Below, piece after piece: positions 38,987 through 50,514 of a DNA stretch of 64,000 bases. Each line of letters opens with the position of its first letter. Position 1 is the first letter of the stretch. A program made the position numbers and the translations under genes. Below the pieces are notes generated by a model, which saw nothing but the letters and a program-made list of their open reading frames with translations, had not been told where the DNA came from and did not search any database. Source of the DNA: Owenia fusiformis (lineage: Eukaryota); the NCBI GenBank assembly GCA_903813345.2, contig CAIIXF020000001.1:13888001-13952000 (forward strand). Direction: 5' to 3'.

Positions 38987-41870
38987 TTAAGAGTCTAACA
39001 AGTCATCATAGACAAATGGTATTCCCTTCATTCTTTCCTTGTAGACTTTATTAAAAAGCTCATTCTGTGCCACAGTAAAGTGTTCTTTCCATGCACCAAC
39101 AACCCCTGAAATAAATATAAAATAAGTAAAAGAAAAATTAGAATGTAATTGATTTACATGTATATTATTATTCTATTGTATAATCAGATTGCTCAAATAT
39201 GGAGTTCTTATAGGTGGTCATGAATATATACCTACTTTACAGTATTTTTTATTGTTGTTTTATTTGTTTTAATTATCTTAATTTTTATCAAAGTTCAAGA
39301 AATGTCCGTTCCGCACTTTATTTATAAGAAGACCAGACCTTTCGTCACTTTTTATGTTGTCATGGAAATATGGGTGAATTAACCATGCACACACCCCAGT
39401 AACATTAACAGTGCACCCTTTGTATTTGATAATCATCATATTTCAAAACCTTTTCTGAACATTCCATCTGCTCCTCTTCCATCTCTAGCATAGGCATCAT
39501 ATGTTTTATTGCGAGACTGCATGACATCAATTTTTGTTTCATCAATGATTTTTTTATAGTCTTCTTCACTCCAGCTTACACCTATATAGTCAGCTATCTT
39601 CTTTATGGTACCAATTGTATCCTTAAAATGTACATATCCATCAATTAACCTTTTAAAATTGATTTGATTGTTATATGTATGAGGGATATAATTAAGTATA
39701 AGCTTTTGTTACTGCAGGAGAGTTCATTTTCATTGTACAATGTTAATTGTTAGTACCTCAGTTGAAATACTCGATTTTGATTGGTCAACGTGCAGTGAAT
39801 AATTTTAACTGTACACCGCGCAATGCATTGCCGGTGAATAATATTCCCAGCATTCCACTAAAATGACGTCATTATCAGACGATAAAATGGCCGCCGCTAG
39901 CACTAGCCTTTTCAAAAATGTTGAAGATGAGGATATTATTAGTCTCTTAGAGAGTAAAGACAGTCAAAATACGAAGAAAAATCTAAAACTTTGTACAAAG
40001 CTTTTAGTGGACTTCGCCCAGGAGAGTAATTTGACTCCATTGAGTGAACTTACTGCCGTGGCAGATATCAAAATAGCATATTGTGCTTGAAATACAACAT
40101 GAACGTCTCGAGGGTCTGGATCCAACTTCAAGTCAACTTCAAGGGTCAGAAAAATCTAAGATATTCTTCGGACTAACAAAACAATTATAGACCTCTCCAT
40201 TTGGTTTACTGTCAAAATTATATCCCTCGACTGTAAACCTCGACCTACGGTCTCGGTTTACAGTCTCGGGATATAATTTTGACAGTAAACCTCTGGAGAG
40301 GTCAATAATTGTATATTATCCCACTGAACAATGTTCAAGACAATTTCTCAAGATGGCAACTGAATTCAAAATAATGGCTACCATATTTTATTAATTTTAC
40401 CTCTAGAATGCTGAATTTCATCATTCTGGAATACCATTTTATGAAATGTACCTTTTGAATCCCCTGATATTTAAAGAAATTACCATATAATACTGACATT
40501 TTTGGTTTCTTCATAAGTGAGGAACAGCATGTCAACATTTTCTGCTAGTTTCTTGTATTCTTGTACATGCTTGAACCAATCATTCCATGCCACTATAAAT
40601 ATAAGATTATACAGTGTTAGTAAGCATTGTAGAAGTATGTTGAAGGTGTAAGAATAAGACATTACAAAATAGAGAATGAATTATGTTCAAGAGCAGGGTT
40701 GGAAACTCCCAGCTGCTTGACTGTCAAATTATAATGGCAATCATATTTCACTCTCAGTGTTTTACCTTCTCCCCTAAGCCACATTGGCAAATAACCTTCC
40801 CATGTGCCATTATAGCCATAATAAAGCGCTGCTGTTTGATGTTTGTAGAAACTATATGCCGCATCTTTGGGATGGCGCACAATGTTGATCATCTTGCACT
40901 TGCTGGAATATTAATAAATAATATTAAAGGTACACCGAAATTCAATGCCAAAATGATACTTAAAAGTACCGTGTCGAAGCGGGTTTGTAACGGCACTAAC
41001 ATAATTCAATGTTGAGACGACACCAAATCATATTAGGCAGCTGTGTACAGAGAGTTATGTTGACTATTATACTGACATTTCATTTGAAAAACATTTTAAA
41101 GTAGATACTTCAAAACCTGGTATAAATATTAGAGGATAGTGTCCAATTTTTGGTGATTCTCAACCCATAGGTTCTACATGACATTTATGTAATAAAAGTG
41201 CATTAATGCATTAAAGAAGAAACGGTATGTGTGTTTATTCAGTAATAGTATGAACCATCCCACCAAAATATTTTTAGATAATTAAGACCTGGTCTAATAT
41301 CATATGCCTATGTGCATAAATTGTCTTACTCCCATACTGTCTTTGGTATTGAACTCGGCAACTGGTGTGTTCTGATAATTCTGGGAGAAGGCACAGAGCT
41401 TATGACATCATGTGGTACTAACTCTGGCATACAGAAAGCCTCCATACCCTTAGGAGCCTCTTGTAGGTCATGTGTTAGCCTGTATACTATATTCCATGTC
41501 CAATGCTGCCCTTTGTAAATACAGAGAATGATTTAATTTAGTCTGGAGTCTATTTCTTGGAAACATATCTTTAATTATGACTTGCAGATTCAATTGTCCT
41601 CTTATTAGCTTTTTTGGTCCACTATTATAATAAAATAATATGTTTCTTACCAGACCTTGGATATGAAAATAACCATATGTCATCAGCCCTGACTTTAAAA
41701 TCTTTCATCTCATCATGAACTGTTTGCCTAATATTCTGTGGATATGTGAATCCATCTACTATATGTACAGGGAATGGTTCTCCCAGATCATCCTTTATGA
41801 TTGTAGGTGTTCCTTTAGTGACAACAATATCATCAAATATGCCACCAACTGCATAGTTTAATTCTGCCAT
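38987..41870 (-). CDS. Cytosolic sulfotransferase copy E, apparently intact, most divergent copy with a compact intron 1
   Basis: Exons 41870-41651, 41510-41330, 40902-40766, 40592-40498, 39621-39450, 39105-38987; same exon sizes and motifs, no stop seen; intron 1 is only 140 nt. Confidence 0.92.
39745..40315 (+). mobile_element. Crypton-like internally deleted element in SULT E intron 4
   Basis: Absent from intron 4 of paralogs; ORF start [34 protein letters not shown] resembles Crypton N-termini as I recall them; long terminal palindrome 40187-40308. Confidence 0.6.
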
Positions 41871-42700
41871 TATCACTCTCTGTACTATCAAGTGCAGTTA
41901 TATCTTTTATCTTTTTCTATTGACTCTTAAAGGGTTACATAAACCTTCCTGTATAAATACAATATGATGACTCCAGACGAGTCTACTGGATCAGTCTATT
42001 TTTAAGAAATTAGGGGAGTTTGGTATATTCCAGTTTATTCATATTGTCTTGTAGAAGATAAAACAATTTGTAGAAAAGTATACAATCTTTAAATTTTGAG
42101 AGGTGAATTATCCAAAGGATGCATGAACAAATATAAATCCTAGTGTTTGTCCAAAACATTTTGTTCCATTTATACACCATCATATGTTGTTCTTACACTT
42201 GATGGGTAAGTCAAGATATCAATTTTCCCATTAATCACAAACAAAAGGTGAAATTGATTGATTGATCAATATAAAAGTGTCATTTTTGGTTTATAAATGC
42301 ATGGCTATCTATACTACACTATTGCTGCATAAACAGGCAGAGGTCTTTATCCAAGACTTCAACCTGTGCACCCTTGAGAGTATTATTCTGGGAACATGCC
42401 TTTTATACTAAATGGGGAGCAACACAAAAAAACTAGCATTTGATTTGCTAAATGATACATGTTACCCTTTAATCATGTCAGTCACTTTGACATATATGTG
42501 TAGGTCATAATACACATGAACTTCAAACAGATTGCCTTAAGGTGTTGTACATCGCACACAATTTACTTTATTTTCTCAGAATGGTTAACAAGACACTTAG
42601 ACTATTAAAAGCACGCAATATGTACAGATATATTTTATCAAAAACTACCTCTCAAATAGTCAATGATTAAATGTCTCATGTAAACTTTGTTTTTCAGTTT

Positions 42701-44243
42701 TTAGCTCACATGGTGAGCTTTTGCAATCACTCACTTGTCCGTCTGTCTGTCCGTCCGTCCATCCATCTGTCTGTCTGTCCATCAACAATAGTGGCACGTT
42801 TTAAAACCTCTGTCGATAGGATTCCTGTTTTAAGTTATTTCTGTTCAAGATCAATACAGAAAACTCCCCTATGACTCCTGGTTCAAAAGCTCGCCTATTT
42901 TCAAAATGGCCTTCACTTTTGTGTCGCAAAATTCACTTTTCACCCATTTCCTAGCTTTACAAATAATTTCAGGTGTCCTACACTGTAAAAATCCATGTCA
43001 ATGTAAAGGGTAGATATATGTTATAATATTGTTACAAAATATCAGCGAAAAATTATATCCATTTTTTTATTTTCAGCCATTTTAGTTAACATTGATTTGT
43101 CTATCTGACTCGCGAAATCCACTTTTCGTCAATAACAGTGGCACGTTTTAAAACCTCTGTCGATAGGATTCCTGTTCAAAGTTATTTCTGTTCAACATCA
43201 ATACAGAAAACTCCCCTATGACTCCTGGTTCAAAAGCTCGCCTATTTTCAAAATGGCCGCCATTTTTGTCTCGCGAAATTCACTTTTGACCCATTTCCTA
43301 GCTTTACAAATAATTTCAAGTGTCCTACATTGTAAAAATCCATGTCAATGTAAAGAGAAGATGTATGAAATAATTTTGTTACGAGAAATCAGCGAAAAAT
43401 TATATCCATTTTTTTATTTTCAGCCATTTTAGTTAACATTGATTTGTCTATCTGTCTTGCAAAATCCACTTTTGGACCATTTACCTTAAACCCTCTGTCG
43501 ATAGTATTCCTGTTTTAAGTTAATTTTGTTCAACATCAATACAAAAAACTCTCCTATGACTCTTGGTTCAAAAGCTTGCCTATTTTCAAAATGGTCGCCC
43601 TTCTTGTTTCGCGAAATTCACTTTTTGCCCATTTCCTAGCTTTACAAATAATTTCAGCTGTCCTGCATTGTAAAGAGCCATGTCACTGTAAAGAGTAGTT
43701 GTATGAAATAATTTTGTTACAAAAAATCGGCAAAATATTATATCTGTTTTTTTATTTTCAGCCATTTTAGTTAATATTGATTTGTTCATCTGTCTCGCGA
43801 AATCCTCTTTTGGACCATTTACTTAAAACCTCTGTCGATAGGATTCCAGTTTCACGTTATTTTTGTTCAACATCAATACAAAAAACTCCCCTTTGACTCC
43901 TGGTTCAAAAGCTTGCCTGATTTCAAAATGGTCTTCATTTTTGTCTCGCGAAATTCAATTTTGGCCCATTTCCTAGCTTTACAAATAATTTCAGGTGTCT
44001 TGCATTGCAAAAAGCCATGTCACTGTAAAGAGTAGTTGTATGAAATAATTTTGTTCCAAATAATTGAAAAAAAATTATATCTTTTTTTCAGCAATTTTAC
44101 TTAACATCGATTTGTCCATCTGTCTTTCCGTCAGTCCAAAATAGTGGCAAGTGGCTTGAAATAATTTTGTTACAAAAAATCAGCAAAAAATTATATCCGT
44201 TTTTTTTCTGTCACCATGTGAGCCCAGTACCCACGTTACTAAT
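42701..44243 (+). mobile_element. Complete HINE-like element with ~340-bp tandem core
   Basis: 5' GCTCACATGGTG and inverted 3' CACCATGTGAGC; (GTCC/GTCT)n microsatellite after the 5' end; core marker repeats at ~42803, 43150, 43488, 43825; T-rich insertion site. Confidence 0.75.
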
Positions 44244-44608
44244 ATTTTTTTAATTCAGGACAAATGTTCTAGGTATTTTTAAAATTGAAATTTTATAGAA
44301 AAGTTCTGTAAAGTTTTGTTAAAGGTACAAAAGGGTCTCTCAGATTGTCATTGTTCCTTACCTGTGTATGTCATTTATAAATAAAAACCTTTTATTATGT
44401 CTTGTGACATAGATGCAACTTGCAAATTTTCTTATATTCTCCAGTAATTATCTCTTCGAATGGAGTTTGTAGGGATATAGAAAAGCCATATGAAGTTATT
44501 CAAGATAATTTGTGTTCTACTTATTTTTGGTCACCCTGTAATGCCTGTATATATGTTATTTAGAATAAGTAGAAATCTGGAGGATTTGATAAACATTTTG
44601 TGTTCCAG

Positions 44609-44719
44609 GGCTCCATGTCTGTACAGTGTGATGTATTGGAATATAAATACCTGACTCTGCAGACGCTTCTTGAGCCAGTCAGACTGGAGTTGCAGGCAAC
44701 ACACATAGACTCAACTGAG
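44609..44719 (+). CDS. VPS13B: VPS13B internal exon (GSMSVQCDVLEYKYLTLQTLLEPVRLELQATHIDSTE)
   Basis: ttccag acceptor, GTACAT donor, phase 0/0; continues the protein from the exon ending at 5353 (recalled human ADCKLLECRNVTMQSVVKPF). Confidence 0.8.
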
Positions 44720-44943
44720 GTACATCATGTTAATACTTCCATCAATTCTCACTGCATATTGCAAATATTCTCAATTGTGAATATTAAATATGCCATTAAA
44801 ACCAAAACTCCCCAGTACAGAAATTATATTGTGTGACACATTTTTTTCCATTTGCTCAAGTTCTTTCTTTAAGTAGAGTATTGTACAATATATTTTACAT
44901 AGAGATGAATGATATCTTAATTATTAATGTTTACGCTTTTCAG

Positions 44944-45045
44944 AATGCTAAAGTGGAGTGCAGTGTGGGTGTTGATCCATTGTGTGTTAAAGTTGGACCA
45001 AGTACAGTACATACACTCCATGTAGCATCTCAAGCCTGGGACCAA
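44944..45045 (+). CDS. VPS13B: VPS13B internal exon (NAKVECSVGVDPLCVKVGPSTVHTLHVASQAWDQ)
   Basis: tttcag acceptor, GTAAGT donor; resembles recalled VHSLNTAIQAWQQ. Confidence 0.87.
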
Positions 45046-45400
45046 GTAAGTATAGGACTAAATAATTTCATGTGGAATCTTAAGCCTGGGACCCATGACA
45101 GTACAAAACTTTATTTAGCATATCAAGCCTAGCTAAAGTAACCATAGTCTACCAGTGCAATTAACAAAAGCAATTTTTGATGGGTTCCTGCAATTGATCT
45201 GAATGCATGATAAAAAACAGTCACTTAAGGATTACAACCATATTTTCCCCAAATAGGAATGTAATAAATGATTCACACATAGCGAGGCAAGGTATGTCCA
45301 TTTCCAGCAAATCAGAACACACCATTTCATATAACTGCATCGCAATATACTTCTCTTATGTACCCAAGTGCTTATGCAGATCAAATGGTAAGTGTAAATA

Positions 45401-46331
45401 CAGTAAAACCTGCGTATAGTGAACAGTTTTTTGCCAAGAAAAAATGTTCACTGTTGGTAGGTGTTCACTACAGCAATGATTTGATTTCGCGGCATTTTGC
45501 CGTGTTATATAAAGAGACCAGCTATTAAAAGAGAGGAGGGAATAATCAATTTAATTTGTATTTTCTACCCATATTAACCCATGGCACTCTAGCGTTAAGT
45601 ATTTGATTTGCTGTCATGTTATATACAAACTAACTCATTTTAGACTGACTGTCATCTGAATGGTCCATCCTTTTATTGTCAAATTTTAATCTCTTTATAA
45701 TTCTTTTTATCTCATCAAGATGGTCCTTTAAACAGTGGAATCTTTGAGACATTTGAGTCACTTAAAGGACTTTATTGAATTAGTTAAAGGAAATGATAGA
45801 TGCAGTTAATAGTGAAATGATCATGATTTATAATTCTAATCCTATCTTCTTTTTTTTAAATTGACGGGATGAGAAAAAGATTTAGTTTGGATTTAGCAGA
45901 TAGAGGTAATAATAGTTAACCAGATTATCTCCAAGCAATCATTCCTAGACGCATATCCTGTTTTACAAAAACAAAGCTTATTAAGAATTATAATTAGTCA
46001 CACCTGTTTCAATAGAAGAAGAGATCAAGATCTCAAATTGACCTTTTAATTATTTTTGGCAGGTAATATAAACATAAACTGCTTAACTCTGATAAGGCAG
46101 TTGCAGAAATCCGCGAGAAATCTTATATCTGATTCAATGTTCACTAGAGACAGGATAATTCAACTGATTTTGCCAAGATTTAGTGTTCACTGTTCATAGT
46201 TGGTAGGTGTCCACTATAGGATTGTACTTTAACATGGGAGTCAATGGGAGAAAAAGATTTTGCCGAATAAAAACGTTCACTGTTGATAGGTGTTCACTAG
46301 AGAGATGTGTTCACTAACTCAGGTTTTACTG
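45401..46331. mobile_element. Pogo/Tigger-like MITE, TA TSD
   Basis: TA|CAGTAAAACCTG ... CAGGTTTTACTG|TA with subterminal GTGTTCACT repeats; short relative at ~47709-47863. Confidence 0.8.
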
Positions 46332-46691
46332 TAGTTATCAAGGTGACAAGTTGACCCTATCAAAAAGTTTCCTCGAAAATATATATTTTAGTCATTTTGT
46401 ATCTTTTAGGTGATATTGTATAAAATCTTTTGCAATGTGTGAAAAGAAATTAAGCCCTAGACTCGATGCATTGTGGCTTATTCATTCCACTCAGGCCTTG
46501 TTACCTAAACTTAGCACCTGATCCTTTGCATTTTGTGCAAAGTTTAATACAACACCTTTGAGGAATGATAATCAGTCCACAATCCACTGAGTCCAGGGCT
46601 TTAATTGAAGAGCAACCGTCATATATTAAGTTATACGAAGGGTACACATTAGAAGTCATAGTCATTTTAACCTTGTGCTGTTTTGTTTCAG

Positions 46692-46853
46692 CTTTATAAA
46701 ACTAATGGATCCCTCCCAGTGATGAACTACATTATTGTGTGCAATGATACGCAGGATGCACTGAGGTTTGGCCAAGTGGACACTGATGAGTGTGTAGTGA
46801 TACAGAGTAGACAGATGCACTCATATAGCTGGAGGAGTCATAGGGCACAGAGG
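46692..46853 (+). CDS. VPS13B: VPS13B internal exon (...YIIVCNDTQDALRFGQVDTDE...HSYSWRSHRAQR)
   Basis: tttcag acceptor, GTAAAG donor; close to recalled human ICNDTQETLRFGQVDTDE...YSWRSHK. Confidence 0.93.
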
Positions 46854-47436
46854 GTAAAGTTAGCTCTCACATTTTGACCAAACTTTGTAAAAAAAACTCC
46901 ACTCGAGATAACCAGAAAATAACATCACTGAGTGGCTCTAATATTATATGACAATGTCATCAATAAAATCTACATGAATTGAATTGTGTTTGTTAGATAG
47001 CTCATCATACTTCTATTTAACATCAGATATTCATCAGTTTCATCATTCATCAATTTTACACATAAAAGTGGTGCCATATTATTGAATTATCTTCATCTGA
47101 ACAATAGCCCCAAGTAATAAAGGATTAAACTATTCTATCCTGATTATGTGCTGTAAAGCTTCAGTAGATCTGACAAGTTACCAGTCAAACAAGTTCTTGT
47201 TTGTATGATATATGCATCAAATTCTTCTTTTTGTGTATATTAAGACTTGATTCATACATATTTTGTTTCTGTGAGTGCAATGTTAATGTACTACTATATA
47301 AACCAGTCCGAATTGCTCTTTGTAATTCCCTATTTTATGTATACTTCTGTACACTTTATTTAATGGAAGGGGACTATGATTAAGGAATTACCATATTCAA
47401 ATCTGATAATATATCATATGATACTTGATATTACAG

Positions 47437-47589
47437 GGCTTGAAAGTATGTGTAGAGGGCATGGGTTGGAAGTGGAGTGACCCATTTAATGTGGACACCA
47501 ATGGAACTGTAGTTCGTGTTATAGAGAACAAATCAACAAAGGCAACACTCATCATACACATCAAACAGCTTAGTAATGTGCAAAAACAA
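47437..47589 (+). CDS. VPS13B: VPS13B internal exon (GLKVCVEGMGWKWSDPFNVD...LIIHIKQLSNVQKQ)
   Basis: ttacag acceptor, GTGAGT donor; resembles recalled CIEGWGNWRWSEPFSVD...LIIKVQQLNGVQKQ. Confidence 0.92.
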
Positions 47590-47920
47590 GTGAGTTCTTT
47601 ACAATTTCCTTCTAACTATTTATCAGTATAGGTTTTATGATATATCATGGAATTTCAAGAGATTAGCCCATGGGTATATCTAGAAAATGGAAAACATGTA
47701 TTCAGATATAGTAAAACCTATCTTAGTGAACACCTCTCTCTAGTGAACATATGTACAAACTCTACTGACTTCTGTATAAATTACCTTCTCTGTAATGAAC
47801 ACCTACCTACAGTGAACACATTTTTGTGGCTCCATAGCTGTTCATTGTACACAAGTTTTACTGTACTTCTTTTAATTTTTAATTCTCTGCCGTATAGTTC
47901 ACAATGGTCTTTTTATTTAG

Positions 47921-48166
47921 ATAACCATAACTGGTCAACTGATCACTACTAGTAGGTTAACAGAACACCTTGAGGTTAAACTTCTCACACAAAAAGATTC
48001 ACGAGACACCTGCATTGTTGTTGGTGCCAAACAGACAGCGCCATCTTTCATCATAGAGCATGGAGAGATCAAAGGTTTGAAAGTGAGGCTGATGGGCCAA
48101 AAGATGGCATGGTCACGTGAGATAGCAGTGACTGGAGCTGATATGAAAGAAAAACGTATGATAAAG
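47921..48166 (+). CDS. VPS13B: VPS13B internal exon (ITITGQLITTSRLTEHLEVKLL...MAWSREIAV...MIK); not in the ORF track
   Basis: tatttag acceptor at 47920, GTAAGC donor at 48167, 246 nt open frame, phase 0/0. Confidence 0.85.
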
Positions 48167-48456
48167 GTAAGCAGAATGTAGAATGTCCTTAAACATGTAT
48201 ATAGCATCTCAAACAGTTTTAAACATGGATCAGGGTGAAGGAGGTGGCATTTGTAGTTTTTGAAGTTTGACATCTGTAACAAATGCCAGGTAGTACATTT
48301 TGTATGTTAATGCCTTGTCATACATCTAATCTGTTTTGAGGAAAGATAAACAGAAAATGTATATAACATTTACCACACATGTATATAATGTACAGTATAA
48401 ACATGTCGCTTCAATCATAGCCTCACTATATACATGTATGTAATACTTGTTTCCAG

Positions 48457-48540
48457 TTGCAGTTACATGACAAGAGCCAATACCTTCATGTTTGGTGCCA
48501 GGTTTTCTGTCAACACTTCAAAGAAAGTTCTCAGTACTGT
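48457..48540 (+). CDS. VPS13B: VPS13B internal exon (LQLHDKSQYLHVWCQVFCQHFKESSQYC); last VPS13B exon I can find in the window
   Basis: ttccag acceptor, GTAAGT donor at 48541, 84 nt; resembles recalled IIYVWCTV. Confidence 0.8.
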
Positions 48541-50514
48541 GTAAGTTAACTTTATCAAGTGATTTTGTCCCCATTCACTCAAATTTTCTTAGACTCACCA
48601 GCCAGGTGCTCCCTTTGTAAATGTTTGAATTTAAAGGTTAAAATGTTTATTATTTCAAATATATGCATCTCTGCTTTGTTTTAGTTTCCAAATGTTTTTG
48701 AAAATATTTCTTGGTAAAGTAATGGAGAAACAGATCTGCTTTAGCCCTTTACCAGCAATGTACCAAGATATGTTTTTAAATATTTTTTGAACATAAGACA
48801 AAGCAAGGCAGCAATAAATTTTAATTTAATTTATTTAGCACTTAGACTATCCCCAGTATTTATTAGAAGCCAATGAAAAGGGGACTGATTTACTTTGAGG
48901 TTAAGCAATTTTTAAGAAAAAAAAAGAATTGTGAGAAGTACTTGACATTTCTCTATTGATGTCATGCTTTTGCACTTTACCAAAAGTAGATATTCCCCAT
49001 GTTTCTTCACACCAGGATTTTTTTCATTAATAGAATATATATGGTATACACACTGTAGTTTCTTTGGTTTGCACCCATAATAGGATACAACTGCCACTTT
49101 GAGAATGGTAACCTTGATTATATGCATGGGGTGATTATGTAATGTGGAAAGGATTGGGAATATTTTTGTTTCCACTGTTTTGTTTCAGTGATATGTCATG
49201 TTGAACCATTTTGGACTTTTGCTGTAACTTTGTTCTATCACAAGTGTGTTAAAAAGGGGTGGTATTCATTTTTTCTGGAAAATATAGTACATGTAATAAC
49301 AGGCTGTCAGGGAAAAACAAAATGCCGGGTGATGCCAGATTTGCCTCATAAATGACTAAAAAATAAATGGTCAGTTACATTTTTATGTCACCACAAGTTA
49401 TAGTCTCCAACCTTTTTGTGGATGATGTTAGGTGGTCTGAGTTACTTTAACAAATGGCAGGTGGGGACATTTTGCATGTTAATGCTTTGTTTATTGCTTT
49501 TTATTTCAATCATCGAGAAGTGTTGAGCCAATGGTTTGTGACCAGCATTTATCAACCAAGGGTGGTGGTGGAATCTGTAACAAATTCTTACAGTATAGCC
49601 CTTTGCAATAGAGGATTGTGGCATTTTGTCATTTTAATTTATTTACTAGCCTTCAGGAAACCTAGTAAAGATAAGCATTTTCATTAATTAATGAAATATC
49701 CTTTGAATGAATCAACTATGTCAATTTATGGAGGAATTGAAGGAATCAAAAAAATAAAATAGGAATTTCACTTTTGTGAAGGAATCACTCTGACCTGCAT
49801 TTATTTAACAAATACTTTTCTCTATTTTTTTAAATGGTACAAATTATTTGGAGCATTGTTGTAAGACTTTCACTTCTCAGTTTCAGTAAAATTCAAGGTC
49901 AACATTCTGATCAACAATCAATCTTTCTCTTCCATATACATGTACAGTTCAATACTTTGATTGACAGGTCTATTTTTGCACCTTCCATATTTGGGTGAAA
50001 TTGATGGCCTGTATTAAAAATCCAAGGTCAAACTGATCTGGTCACTCTGTAAGGCAATTTATGAACAGAATTTTAACTTAAATTGATGGATTCTATCTTT
50101 ACTTTTCTCAGTAAAAACATATTAATGTAAAAAATGACCTTTCAAACCATTCTTAGCTATCCAATATCAGTTTATTTGAGAGGTTTTATCATCATCATAT
50201 ATTATATGAAGGGAGGAATTTGCAGTGTTTTACAAGGGATATTTTGTTAAAGAATTTATATGCAAAGAACAAATCAGTCTTCACAAGTTCAGGGTTTCAT
50301 TTGAAATATTGCAGATGATAAACACCAACAGTTGGATTGCACTGATATTTTATTCTAAATGGGATTTGATTTGCGTAGTATTGTGTCATTCTCTACCTGA
50401 CAGTCATGTCAGTTATATTTAGTAAAATAAAATGATTATGCTCTATGCTAGTAGAATCTGGTTGAAAAAGATAATGAATTGTAATATATTCAAATTATTC
50501 ACCAGTTTAGCTTA

